A stretch of 64,000 nt of DNA. Source: Amoebidium appalachense. Taxonomy: Eukaryota > Protista > Ichthyosporea. The stretch lies in NCBI GenBank assembly GCA_963693365.1, contig CAVNZM010000006.1:6365264-6429263 (forward strand), given 5' to 3'. The notes under the pieces are model-generated. The model was not told where the DNA came from. It ran no database searches and worked only from the letters and a program-made list of their open reading frames with translations. The stretch's first letter is position 1. Every line of letters starts with the position of its first letter. The translations under genes and the position numbers were made by a program. Positions 1-28,694 of the stretch are shown one piece after another.

Positions 1-122
1 TTGTGAGCCAGGCTCTTAGTTGTGGAGGGGATGGATAGGTGGGTGAATGTTTTCTGTTTTTTTGTGGTGGGGGATGGAGGGGGGTGGGGGGTTAATTTGA
101 GGAGGTTGCTGGTCATAGCGGC

Positions 123-193
<71 letters not shown>

Positions 194-324
194 GTGTGTG
201 TGTGTGTGCATGCGTGAGAGGGGGGGGGGGGGGGAGACAGGGAGAGAGAGAGTGAGAGAAAGAGGGGGGGGGGGGCAGAGACAAAGGGGGAGGGGGGGGG
301 GGAGGGAGGGGGGTTAGCCCTTAC

Positions 325-9232
<8,908 letters not shown>

Positions 9233-10284
9233 CTTGTTGACGGAGGGAAAGTTAGCAAGTTGTCGCGATTAATGGTTAGAGACAAGTGTGGTATAGTTGC
9301 TCAGCCACCCCACTTACTTCAACCATTTATGGCACTCTAGCAAACATCTAGCATTCTGGCAAAACAAACACGGCACTCTAGCAAAGCTGGGTGATATCTA
9401 ATATTTCATACCTAATATTGTCCTGCCCTGTTCATCATGTTCTTTGAACACCATCTTAGCTGCTAGCAAAACTCGCGGACTTGGTGAAGCAGCAAAAAGT
9501 GCGCCATGAGCTTTGTAGCAAAACAAACCAATCATCAGAAGACTCTTGAAGAGGGGCAAATTACGTAATGCTGACGGCACGTTTCTTCTTTAAAGGTTTC
9601 CTAATGTTAAGTTCTTAAAATCACAGTTAATAACCGATTTTTTCCTATATGATAATTTTTTCAATATGTTTTTAACTTATTAGTATATTATTACCTTGCT
9701 ACACTCGCTTTTGGGCTATATACAGCCATCAAACTTTGACGGGATATCTTTGGGGGCTTACGTAATAGTCCCAAAATTTTTACCCGCTTCGCTTTGATAG
9801 CCATATTAGTTTCTGTTGCACTGTTGACAGAGTCGTCTGCCTTCCTCCGAGGATCCGGCCTCGGCCTCCCCCTCCCCCCCCCCCCCCCCCCCCCCCCCCC
9901 TCCCCCCCGAATAGGTCCCCCCCCTCCCCGTCTCTGTCGCATGAAAAGCGATACACATGCTGTTATATAAAGGGATGCTCTAAAGAGCTCGGAACTCAAT
10001 ATGGTAGAGATAATGTTGAGGATTCTGAAGTCGTGTGCGTTCACATACCACAGAATTTGCATGCACATGGTCGTCATGATGACTTGTCGAACCCTAGCTA
10101 ACAGCACATCTCGGCGCACATGCCACTGCAGTTTACCCAAACTTCACGTTCCACTCCACTACCAGACTTTCGGTATTTTTAGGTTTTTAATATAACGTTC
10201 GGGCATTCTTAGAAGCCGTAGATGCATAGCTTTACATATTTTCAGTAAGGACATCACCTGCATCTGGTGTATCTGCTGTCGTAC

Positions 10285-10328
<44 letters not shown>

Positions 10329-10715
10329 CCCCCTCCTCCCCCCCCTTCCCCCGCCAAAAAAAAAAAGCACTGAAAAGCGGTAAAAATACTGACGTGCACT
10401 GCCGCACAGGCACATAAGGAGTAAATTTGAATAAATCATGGGGATGGGGAAAAGCGCTACCAGGGAGGGGGAAAAAAAAAAACCTTCAGCTAATATCAGT
10501 GCTCCACGTCTTGACAGTTGACAATAAGCTCTCATGTGATCACACGAAAAGCATGGGATCTTGCCCACCTGCCACTTACTACATGCTAAAAAAACAATTC
10601 AACACGCAAAAGAGGAACGAAATAACCATACAAAAGCCTGCATTTTTAGAAGGGAAAAGCCTTTGGGCATACTACACTATTATAAAAAGTGTCTTTTTTT
10701 TTTTTTTTTTTTGCC

Positions 10716-16418
<5,703 letters not shown>

Positions 16419-17495
16419 TTTCTGTGTTGTTGTTAAGCAAAGCAACACTGGTTCAGAAAAAAAAGTAACGAAGCAATGCAGACAACGCAACTTGCAAGAT
16501 TTCGTTTCGTTCTTCTTCTGATCAGTCTGACTGGTTCAGTTATTCCACCTATCGGGCGACGGTATTATGGGACTTAGGTCTAGAGCATGATAACAAAGTG
16601 TTAAATGATTTTGTTGTATTTTTGTAAGCCTTATAAATTAAAAAGGTATCGTTGATTAGTGTTTACTAGGTGTGACGTCTACCTTCTGTAGCCGGGGTGT
16701 AATAAGGCCTTTGGAGGGCCCTTTCTCATCTTTGTGAAAGTTCTTTTGACTGGATTTATTCAAGTGAAAGCTTGCGTTTCGAAATTTTCGATTATTTGCA
16801 AACCGTTCTCAAAAAAGCAGACTTAATTTTTGTTATCATTTCTGTAAACTGCATTTATTTAAGTATATTGTACTAATTTAAGCCTTAAATGTAAGAAAAA
16901 TTCCACTTTCTACGTTATCGTGTCTTTTTCCCATTTTTTCATTTTTGAAGCCTAAGGTGTAGGGGGACGCAAGTTACCGACCGGCTTGGTGACCAGATAT
17001 CCAATCATCACAAAGATAAACCCCACAAACATAGCCTTTTATAGGCAAATACTTCGCTAAGGCGGGAGCTTTTGAACCGTTCATGCCGGTAACGGTCAAT
17101 TACCTTTGTTCGGTTCATGTTCGGTTCCGCCGTAGTTTGACAGCGCCTCGAGCTCAGCTTCTGAAATTTTTTCCAGGGAAAGAACGCTAATGTTAGAAAG
17201 GTTTCAATAACAAATTAAAAGAAGTTTAGGTAGCGGTGTGTGTCTGCACCTTTCATGTACTGCGTAGACCCAGCAGCGCTCTTTTTTTGAATGACAGTGC
17301 CATGTGTTACATACACAAAACATAACAGGATTCGGTTGCTTCGTGCCATGCAAGACACCCAACCCGATGTGGTAGATGTTTTATTTTTTCATGGCATATC
17401 TTTAATGCACAGGAGGGTATATTGGTCGGCAGGCAATTCAGGCTAGCAACCATACAGAGGATCCCTTTCGCTGCCCAAGGACTAATAATCAGAAG
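16419..17495. promoter_or_regulatory. Likely bidirectional promoter region between the divergent CPTP-like and kinesin-14 genes
   Basis: Head-to-head start codons (16418 on -, about 17496 on +). The interval is AT-rich and free of microsatellites, unlike the neighbouring introns. No element was mapped precisely. Confidence 0.45.
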
Positions 17496-18740
17496 ATGGT
17501 AAGCCATGGTTGCGTCAAACTGTCAAGTTTAGGACACCACGCAAACCTCACCTTTTATATTCCATACGAGCTAGCACCGATTTTGCTATTTATCAGAAAT
17601 AGTACACAACATCATTTTCCGTTTTTCGGCTGCTTCTCCTTTGCCCGGCCTGTGAGTCTGCTTTGTTAGATTCATCACATTAAGCAAAGATCAACTGCTC
17701 ACTTCCTCGTTCCTACCCGCAGAACGCCCTCGGAGATACCACAAACCGTTCGGGTTTACGCCCACCAGGAGGCATCAAACCCCCCGCTGCCTCACGCCCC
17801 TCTTTGGCTCCGTCCCAGGCGTCAGCTGTGCCTGCTCCCTCGGGGGTAAGCACAAACATAAGTTAGGCTGGCTTAGTGATGAGTTCTCTTATGGATGGTC
17901 TCCGCATGTTCAGTTTTTCACGGGAGTGCCTGAGGAGTTCCTCTTCCTACACATAAGGAAATTTATGGCCGTGTACTTTCTACTAACATAATTTGCACCG
18001 TAGGGCCGTGATGTTTGAGTCACAGGATAAGAACAAGGAAGGAGAAATAAGCTTTGCTGTCTGCCAAGAAACTCCTTTCTTTAACATTCTCAATCATTCT
18101 TTGTGCGTTTACAACATTTACTAGGTATAAAACAGTAGAAAAAAGCACAAAGAATGTTTGGTTGCTTTTGGAAAAGGCCGATCTGCAGGCAAGGCACATC
18201 GCAAATGGTAATGACTCTTCCTTGCAGCTCAAAAGGAAGGCTGATGAGGACCCCAGTCCCGCTGGAAGAAATGTGAGGTCCAAGCTTTCTCCTTCTGTCC
18301 CTGCCACTACGGCTGGGGCAAGGACTGCTGTAAAGCCCGTTCCCAGGTAAGCATCACTTCAACCACACAGATGCCACAAAGTAGACGTTGTTTTAATACT
18401 TCATCACATCTGTTCCACAATGATCTCCTTCTGTAGATCCCAAGGTTGGCTATTGACTCTTACAACCTACAAACTATATCCCTGTTTCTAACTTGTTTTG
18501 AGAGCGCATGTTGCTCATTTCTCAACATACATCCTTGTTAACCGGTTATATAAACCTCAACCTAAACCCCCTTTTTTTTTTGTTTCCAGAACGACAAGCA
18601 CAGTAGCCGGTCGTGCACCCGTCACCCGACCAAGCGCCGTCACTGGCCGAACCACCACGGCAGCCACAAGGCCAGGTGCCACACGCACAGCAACCGCCAC
18701 CTCTGCCAGACCAACGGTTGGTCTATCCCCCTTCCACCCC

Positions 18741-18773
<33 letters not shown>

Positions 18774-19543
18774 ACCCTCCCAACGTCCCCCAGGGGGAAC
18801 CACACACCTTTCCCCCCACCCATTACGGGGACACACGCACAAGACACACACACACACACGTATGCGGAGATCCGTGTTGTTTCCGTCTTAAACTTAAACA
18901 ATTCTCATTGCTTTCAAAGAGCATGGGCAGCGAACTTCCTGAAGCCTCAACTGACGCTTGTTTTCAATCGCATCATCACTGGTATGTAGGACCACGAACT
19001 CCCACAAGGCTGATTCGCATCCTTATGCACTTTTGCGCCAATATAGTTACTTTCACTCACATTGCTTTGATTCACCCATTTACCCACTTTGAGCTAGTTA
19101 ACCTCGCTCGCATCACAACGCTGATTCACCCATTTACCCACTTTGCGCTAGTTATCAGTGCTTGCGTGCATTACATCATTGATTCATCCATTTACCCACT
19201 CTGCGATAGTTACCATTGCTCACATCCCACCGATTATTGATTCACCCATCTACACCCCTTTGCGCCAAACCCTTTGCTCGAATACCATTGCTGATTCATC
19301 CGTCTACCCACTTTTGTGTTGCAGGCAGCAGCAACCAAGGTGCAGCCATGGGACACGAAGGGGCGGATGGCGCTGATGGAGGATGAGCTGAGGAACATGA
19401 AGACACAGGTGCAAGCAAACAACGAGCAGATGAGAACGGAGATGGAGGCCCAGAAGGCTCAGATTGAGGAGCTGCTGCAGCAGAGACAGGTGCGTGGAAT
19501 TATTATTATAGTATCATTATTATACTATATTTATTATGGTTAT

Positions 19544-19591
<48 letters not shown>

Positions 19592-19652
19592 TATGTATGT
19601 ATGTATGTATAGTGTATACTGTTTTCGTGTGTGGGTGGGCGGGTATGGGAAA

Positions 19653-19686
<34 letters not shown>

Positions 19687-19898
19687 GGGGGAAGAGTGGG
19701 AGGGGGGGTGTTGGGACCATACTTGCTCATGTGTGTGCAAGTGTGCCTAATAGTATGCTTGTGTGCATACACTTTGTGTTTTGCTCCCTGGTGGGGGGGG
19801 GGGGGGGTAGGGTAGGTTCGCTTATGTTGAGGGGTAGGGAAGGCGGATGGGCACGTTTTGTGTGTAGGCTAGACGAGAAGGGGGAGGATCGTGGTGAT

Positions 19899-19935
<37 letters not shown>

Positions 19936-20317
19936 GAGTGGAGGGAGAGCAGAGTCGACGGTTTGGGGGGAGGTGGGGGGAGGATGATTTATGTGGATGT
20001 TGTGTTGGTCCGGTGTACGTGTGGGACCGAATGAAGACTGGGTCGTTAACATAGATGCATGTGTGGATAGATGGATGTGTTGTTGCTGGAATAGACGGGG
20101 AGAGAAATCAAGTACTACGTTATTCACTTGTGTATTCACTCATTTCTTTGTACATGATCTTTGTCTAACACACATTTAATCCAATTCACACGATTTCTTG
20201 CTCTCTCACCATGATGCACTCTCGTGTATACAACACACATGGATACAGGCACAAGCATATTAGCATACACGCTACTCACACATTCACAACTAACACACGA
20301 GTTACACCGTGGCGTAT

Positions 20318-20354
<37 letters not shown>

Positions 20355-20385
20355 TGCACCATGGCATACGTATACCCTCGAAAAT

Positions 20386-20467
<82 letters not shown>

Positions 20468-20850
20468 CTATAACTACATCTACCACAATGTTCACACGAC
20501 TGCATATCTACTCCGCATGAGCCTCCCACACTAATGACCCATCTGTTCCACTCCGGTACACACATACACACACAACCACAAGCAAACCGACCTCGCCGGC
20601 GCGAACGCGCGCACACACACACACACACACATTCCAAGACACACGCACACACGACCCACCTACCCCGACACACACGCACACACACGTACACTTCCACGCA
20701 CACTTACACTTCAGGTTCTTGAGACCACGGTGCAAGTCAAGGACCAGGAGAAGAGTGCCACTGCTGAGCGTGTAGACCAGCTGGAACGAGACCTGAAGAT
20801 GGAGAGGGAGGCACGTGCACAGGAGCAGGCACACCATGTGGCAGAGGTAC

Positions 20851-20883
<33 letters not shown>

Positions 20884-21185
20884 CCAAACCACCATGGGCC
20901 CTAACCTAGACGTGTGCACAAGCACATTGGTTACGACACACACACACACACACCCTACACACATCTCTCTCTCGCTATACTAAACACACACATGCCACAG
21001 CCCTGGTCTCATGCCCCTTCCCCCCTCCTGGCACTCCCTCTTCCATTTCGTTTTTATGTATAGGGTCTTCTTCACACCACTATAACCGACCCAACCACAG
21101 ACACCAATTTCTTGTACCCCAGTGTCGTTAGTTCATCGCAAGTCGAACCATTGCTCGAGTTGTGATGTAGGCGGCCTTGGGGGAA

Positions 21186-21220
<35 letters not shown>

Positions 21221-21512
21221 TTTGGGGGAATGGGATGACGGGGAGAGGAGGACCAATATGCCCTGGGAGAGGTTGTGTGGCGTTATGCTTGCCTACTCTT
21301 CCATACGTTGAGAACTACCGCACACCCCCCCCCCCTCCCCCCCCCCAACACACACACACACACACACACCTGCCCCCCGCCCCCCTCCTCCCTGGGACTT
21401 CCTTCCCGGACACCGGATCTCATGTCCACACCACACCATTTACACACACCTCAAGTACACATTCCCCGGCTCAACACGCTCGTTACTCACACACTCACTC
21501 ACTCTCACACAC

Positions 21513-21557
<45 letters not shown>

Positions 21558-22151
21558 GCTATCTCGCTATCTCACTCATTCATTCACACACATACATCCT
21601 CACACATTCACTCGCTGTCCACAGGTCACGCGCATGCGCCTCTCCCACCAATCGGAGGTGTCGGCCCTCACCCAATCCCTCGAGGACTCCCGCCAGCAGA
21701 ACCAATCCCTCCTCGTGCGCATCTCGTCGAAAGACGCCGAAATTACTGAAATGTCATCGACAATCACGCGAATGACGACAACAAACGCTGAAACGAGCAC
21801 GCGGCTACGTCTCACGCAGTCGCAGCTCGAAACGACGGAGCGTCTTGCGGAAGAGAGAGGAAACGAGATTTCTCTGTTGAAGCAAGAGATGGAAAAGAGG
21901 ACGAGAGAGTATGAGGAAAAGATCGAGGGGTTGAACGGGGATGTCAGGAGGCATTTGGAGAGGATTGCTGAGTGCGAACAGAAGATTAGGGAGGATGAGA
22001 CTATAAGAAGGTGGGGGGGGGTTGGGGGGGGGGGTTTGTGGGTGTGTACGGGTGCGGGTGGGTGTAGGTGTGGTGTGGTGTGTGTGCTCCTTCTTTCCAT
22101 CTTCGTTCATAGCTTCCTCATCCTCTTTGGCCCACTCGTCTCTGTCTTTCC

Positions 22152-22187
<36 letters not shown>

Positions 22188-22744
22188 CCCCCTCCTCCCC
22201 CCACCACTGCACCACCATCACCACCACCAAGCAAGCAAACAAGCAAACAAACCTCTTCCCAAGTCCTACTTTGCTGATAATTGCACACGTGCACACGCAA
22301 ACACATGTACAGCCCACGTAAAGTCCCTCCTTTGGTTTGAAATCTACTAACACAAAGCCTTGTGACACGTGTACGCTCGTACTCACTCAATCGATCACAC
22401 TTTTCAGCCCGCCTGTTCCTCTGATTTGGGACGCAGTGTCCACTGACACAAACATGCGCATTCACACACACACACACGTGCACACGCATGCACAAACAAA
22501 CACGTACAGGAAGCTACACAACTCTATCCAGGAGCTGAGAGGTAACGTGCGTGTGTTCTGCCGTGTGCGCCCACCCCTTGGTGCTGAGACGGAGGACGTT
22601 GGGTACATCCAGTTTGGAGACAGCGACAACAGGGCAATCAAGCTGTCTTATGCCGGCGAGGTGTGTTTTGAACTTCTTCTTCTCTTCACTTTTGTGAGAC
22701 GTATATCTCTCCCTCTGCCCAGTGTAGCAACTTGTTCGCAGTAT

Positions 22745-22781
<37 letters not shown>

Positions 22782-22928
22782 GGGGGGGAGTATGGGGATG
22801 TGTCTTACCCAGTTGGGGAAGGAGGTCCATTGCATGTGCGTGCAAGTGTTCTCACATCCCCGCGCTCCCTTCCTCCGTACCTCCCCCTCTCCCCGTTCTC
22901 TCCCTCTCTCCCTCTCTCCCTCCCTCCC

Positions 22929-22973
<45 letters not shown>

Positions 22974-23768
22974 CTTCGTTTTCTCTTCTCTCTCCCTCTC
23001 TCCCTCCCTCTCATCCGCACACGTACACATACACACAGGCCAACTCCCTAGGCAAGGTGCAGCAAAAGACGTTCGAGTTCAACTTTGACTGCGTCTTCCC
23101 ACCCACCTCCAACCAATCCGCCGTCTTCGAAGAGATTAGCCAGCTAGTACAGAGCGCTCTGGACGGGTACAACGTGTGCATTTTCGCATACGGACAGACG
23201 GGGAGCGGAAAAACATATACGATGGAAGGACCACAGCCTATTAATAGCGCACCACCAGAGGCTATGGGGATGATTCCGAGGGCTATTGTGCAGGTTCGTG
23301 TGGGTGTGTGTGTGGGGGAGGGGAGAAGTGGAGGGGGGGGGGGGGGGGGGTGTGTGGGTGTGGAAGGGGGGTAGAGGGGGGAACAGAGGGGGGGGGATGG
23401 AGGAGGGGGTTCAGTGTCGGTGGGTGGAAGGTGGGGTGGGGGGGGGGGGGACGGTTGAGGGGATGGAGTGTGGGTGGAAGTGGGGGGGGGGGGGTTCAGT
23501 GTGGGTGGGTGGGAGGGGGGGGGTTTCAGTGTGGGTGGGTGGGAGGGGGGGGTTTCAGTGTGGGTGGGTGGGAGGGGGGGTTTCAGTGTGGGTGGGAGGG
23601 GGGGGGGGTTGAGGAGGAGGGTGGGCTGAGGGGAAGGGGGTTTGAGTGTGTGTAGGTGGGTGGGAGGGTAGGTGTGTGTGTGGGGGGGGCGGGAGGGGGG
23701 GGATGTGGGTGTGACCGGTTTGGCATCGACGCCCTCCCCACTCACACCTCCCTTTCGAAAATACACAT

Positions 23769-23810
<42 letters not shown>

Positions 23811-23953
23811 ACAAGACTAGGAGGGGTGGTTATGCAATGAATACCAGGCACATGCACACATACAGGACACACTTAGCATACACACGTTAATTCACATTCA
23901 AACCTTATCTTTCGAAATAGCACCTCCAAGGTCATCGATTACAACTCTTCTCC

Positions 23954-23998
<45 letters not shown>

Positions 23999-24029
23999 AC
24001 CACCACCACCACCTCCTCCTCCTCCTCCT

Positions 24030-24061
<32 letters not shown>

Positions 24062-25568
24062 TTTCCCCTCCCCCTTCCCCCCCTTATCCACTCACCCCCC
24101 ACCCACTCCCGTCTCTCTCTTCTCCCTTCCCCTCCCCTCCCCTCCCATCCTCTCCAATCACGGGCTCTAACTTACTCAGGGGCACAATACACACACACAC
24201 ACACACACACAAACACCCAGATTTTTGAGGCGGCCGCCGCGCTTCTGGAGAAGGGGTGGGAGTACAAGTTCGAGACGGACTTCCTCGAGATCTACAACGA
24301 GTCACTGAGGGATTTGCTTGATGACAACACGAACAAGAAGTTGGACATCAAGATCAGGAAGGAGAACCCTAACGGTAAGAATAAAACCTATTTAAAATTT
24401 TAAACAAGAGAGAAGAAAACAAAAAAGGGATAGCACTAATCTAATGGTTACGGATAAACCCAGTGGTTCGTCGGTAAGGGAAACCTGACTTGGGGAAGGA
24501 GCAAACAAAGAAAGAAGAAGGAGTAGAGAAGAGGAAAGGCAAAAAAAAACGAAATAAAGCAAAGAACAACTGCAGTGGTATTAATAATAAATGTTGTTGG
24601 TGTTTATTTTTTAAAAAAAAAAACAAAAAAAAACGTACACATCATCATGATGCACAGAGGTCAACGTGTTGGACGTGGTCGTGGCTAAAATTTAAATTAC
24701 AATACTATTATTTATAATATTGGTTGTGTCGATAACACTAATACTTTGTCAACAGTAGAAACAATGATTTAAAAGATAGATAAAACTTTTTTTGGTGGTG
24801 GTGATGGCGGTGTTGTTGATAACAATTATGGCGCATACACATTGCATAGTGACCTACGTTCCGGAAGTGACCCGGATATTAGTGACCCGACCCGACAAAG
24901 TTAATAAAAGCTTAGTAATACCGATAGTGTTTTTACTGATGAAAAATAGCTAAAACCTATAATGGTCATAGTGATCGTGATCATGATACTGATGATGCTT
25001 ACAAATATGCCGCATATACACACAATTACAGAGACGTACGTGCCGGACGTGACCCGCATGGCCGTGACCCGACCCGACATGGTGCATCAACTGCTGGCCC
25101 GAGCCTGTGCCAACCGGGCCACAGCAGCCACCATGTGCAACATCCAGTCCTCCCGCTCACACAGTGTTTTCCGCCTGCACATCACTGGTACAAACGATAT
25201 CACGGGCGAAAAGGTTGGATCTCTCTCTATCTCTCTCTCTCTCTCTCTCTGTCTGTCCTCCCCCCCTCCCCATCTCATCTCCTGTGAACTGCGAATTCGT
25301 CCCGGGTTGTCCACTGCTTCCTTTTCTTTTTCGTACGTTTCTATGGAGGAGAGCCCCTCTCCCCCACCGCCTCCCCCGCTCTCTCGTACCTGTCATTCGC
25401 GCACAGACACACACTCGGCCTTTACCCTCTCTCTGGTCCCACCCCCATCTTCCCTTCTCCCCTCCCTCTGATTTACCTTGTGTTGGCAATGTAATTTTGT
25501 GCGCCAAAGCACCTGGCGGAGAGAGGGGAGTAGCGGTGTCTGTGTGTGTCTCTCTGTGTGTATGTGTT

Positions 25569-25601
<33 letters not shown>

Positions 25602-25633
25602 ATGTGCAAGCACCGTAGTACATCAAAAGAGGG

Positions 25634-25680
<47 letters not shown>

Positions 25681-26625
25681 TGTGCAAGCACCGTAGTACA
25701 TTAAGGGGGGGAGGGTTTGTCAAGAACACACATACATATGCTTGCGCGTGTTGGCAACCGATTGCTCTAAAACACACCCACACCCAACTAGTTCACTCTC
25801 TAGCCTAAAGTTTCGCCCCGACCAGCGGCGCGCGGGCGAAAGACTACACGATCAATTACGTCATCTAATGGTCTGCACATTTAAGATTAAAAGATTTTCG
25901 ACCGCCGCTGGTGGGGCCTCACGGAGGTCCTAATTAAAAACCACTGCAGGTTTCCATTGGCTGATCCGATTGTCGCCATAATTTTTCTCTGTGACATTCC
26001 AGCAATCTAGATCTAGCCAATATAAACCTACAGTGTTTGAGCAGGGGCAAATGCTTTTTCAATGACATTTTCCTACGATCTAGATGTAGCCAATGTAAAC
26101 CTGCAATGTTTGAGCGAAGCAGGCGCTTTCTAGCGGAAATGAGTGATGAAGGATTTTTAGCCTTCAAGTATTTTAGGCATCAACAGTCGCAAACATGGTA
26201 TCCGATAGAGTAAAATAATATTATATCCCTATTATTCAATATTTATGACGTATTTATTAATACGATTTTTGAAAAAAAAGAACTTGATTAGCGCAAGCCT
26301 TTTGGGCGGGCGGCCCGCACATGATAAATTAAATCGATCGACAGTTTATAATCAAGTTAAACGGGTTTTAGGCAACGTTTTTTTTTTTAATGAGATGCCT
26401 CTAATTGGAATCCCTCTGAGGCCCCACCAGCGGCGAATTAAAAAAAAAATCGATGACGTCATTCCGATCGCGCAAACATTTGGCGTAGAAGCCGCGGCGG
26501 GGCCGAAATTTGGGGCTATTCACTCTCTGTGTAATCACTGAAATTCGTCAGAGAAGAGACACCCACTGTATAGCAAACAAGTTCTTCCCCCCCACCCCCG
26601 TCCACCCTTCCCTTTCCCCCAACCA

Positions 26626-26677
<52 letters not shown>

Positions 26678-27109
26678 TTTCCCTTCTACTGGCTTCTTCT
26701 GGCTTCAGTTGGCTCCTTCAGGACAATCGGCAAACAAGATCTAACTCTCTCAACTCTCATCCTGCCCCCTCCCCCCTCCCCCCTCCCCCTTCTTATGCTC
26801 CGCAATTCTATTCTCTTTCTTCTTTCCTTCCCCCCCCCCCCCCCCCCCCCCCCTCCCTCCCTCCTTTTTTTTTTGCCTGTGCAGATCTCCAGTGTGCTCA
26901 ACCTAATCGACCTTGCGGGGTCAGAGCGAGTCAACCAGTCCGGTGCCACCGGTATGTCCCATCCCACAATGGTGGTTGTGTCCTACCATTGGGGTTATGT
27001 GTCTGGTTGTTCCCGTGCCCTAATCGTTGTGTCTTAACATTGGGGTTGTGTTGTCTGTCAGGCAGTATGGGATAACATGATGTGTGCAGTATTTTTACTT
27101 GTTTGTTTA

Positions 27110-27145
<36 letters not shown>

Positions 27146-27256
27146 GGGGGTCCTATTCTAATTGACTACCCGTATGAGGGTTGAGGAACACAGGTGCATA
27201 AGGGTCTCACAAGGTGTGGGGGAGGGGGGGTAAATAAGATGGTGTCCGTTTTCTTG

Positions 27257-27345
<89 letters not shown>

Positions 27346-27481
27346 CAAAAGAAACCCTAAACCCTCTAATTGACTACCCGTATGAGGGTTGAGGAACACA
27401 GGTGCATAAGGGTCTCACAAGGTGTGGGGGAGGGGGGTAAATAAGATGGTGTCCGTTTTCTTGGTCCCCCCCCCCCCCCCC

Positions 27482-27514
<33 letters not shown>

Positions 27515-27693
27515 CAAAAATAGAAGAAAAGAAAAGAAAAGCATTGAAACAAAAAGTGCATGCGAGTACACGCACACACAAATGCAACCTCCCCCCACAA
27601 TACAGGTTTGCAATACCTTTTTACGTATTTGCATCTGCGACAATCAAAGCAGCCAGCAGACAACCACCACCACCCCCACTACCACTGTGCCCC

Positions 27694-27728
<35 letters not shown>

Positions 27729-27808
27729 TTCCTACACACGTATCATACACACACACACACAAGCAAGACTTCACCTCATCGCCACACACACACACATACA
27801 GACGCCCG

Positions 27809-27843
<35 letters not shown>

Positions 27844-28032
27844 ATACACACACACGCACGCACACACGGGAACTGTCGATGTCCTGGGGCCCCCTTGAGG
27901 ATGGGCTATGCTTATGTTGCATAATATTTGTGCGTTCTTTCTTGCTCGTGTTGCCTATCGTTCGTGATTGTGCACTTTTGATTCTGTAACCCCCAACACG
28001 CGCACACACACAGACACACAAACACACGCACG

Positions 28033-28087
<55 letters not shown>

Positions 28088-28103
28088 CTTCATACCCCCC
28101 CCC

Positions 28104-28134
<31 letters not shown>

Positions 28135-28658
28135 ACATACATACACGTACACAGGTGACCGCCTCAAGGAGACCCAGGCGATCAACAAGTCCCTGAGCAA
28201 CCTCGGCAGCGTGATCCAGGCGCTGGCAAACAAGGAACAACATGTTCCATACCGGAACAGCAAGCTCACCTACCTCCTGCAAAACAGCCTGGGTGGAAAC
28301 TCAAAGACGCTCATGTTTGTCAATGTCTCCCCGAAGGCGGATTGCTACAGCGAGACTATTAGCTCGCTGAGATTTGCTGCAAAGGTGCGGTGGTGTGTGT
28401 TTTTTTGGGGGGGGGGAGGGGGGGATGGATGTGTGTGGAGGCGGTTGGGGGGGAGGGGGTTCTGGTGGTGTGAGTGTGGGTGGAAACTCAAAGACACTCA
28501 TGTTTGTGAATGTGTCTCCGAAGGCTGGTTGCCTAAGCGGAAACTATCAGCTCACTGAGATTCGCTGCAAATGTGTGTGGGTGTGGGCGTGCCCCGGGGG
28601 AGGGGGGGGGAGGGAGGAGGAGGTTTGTGTGTTTCTGGTGGTGTGGGTGTGTACCGGT

Positions 28659-28694
<36 letters not shown>

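Noticed and set aside
19008-19324. CRISPR-like repeat/spacer appearance
   Set aside because: The 'spacers' are related to each other, the repeats are degenerate and non-palindromic, it lies in a eukaryotic intron, and there are no cas genes. It is a minisatellite.
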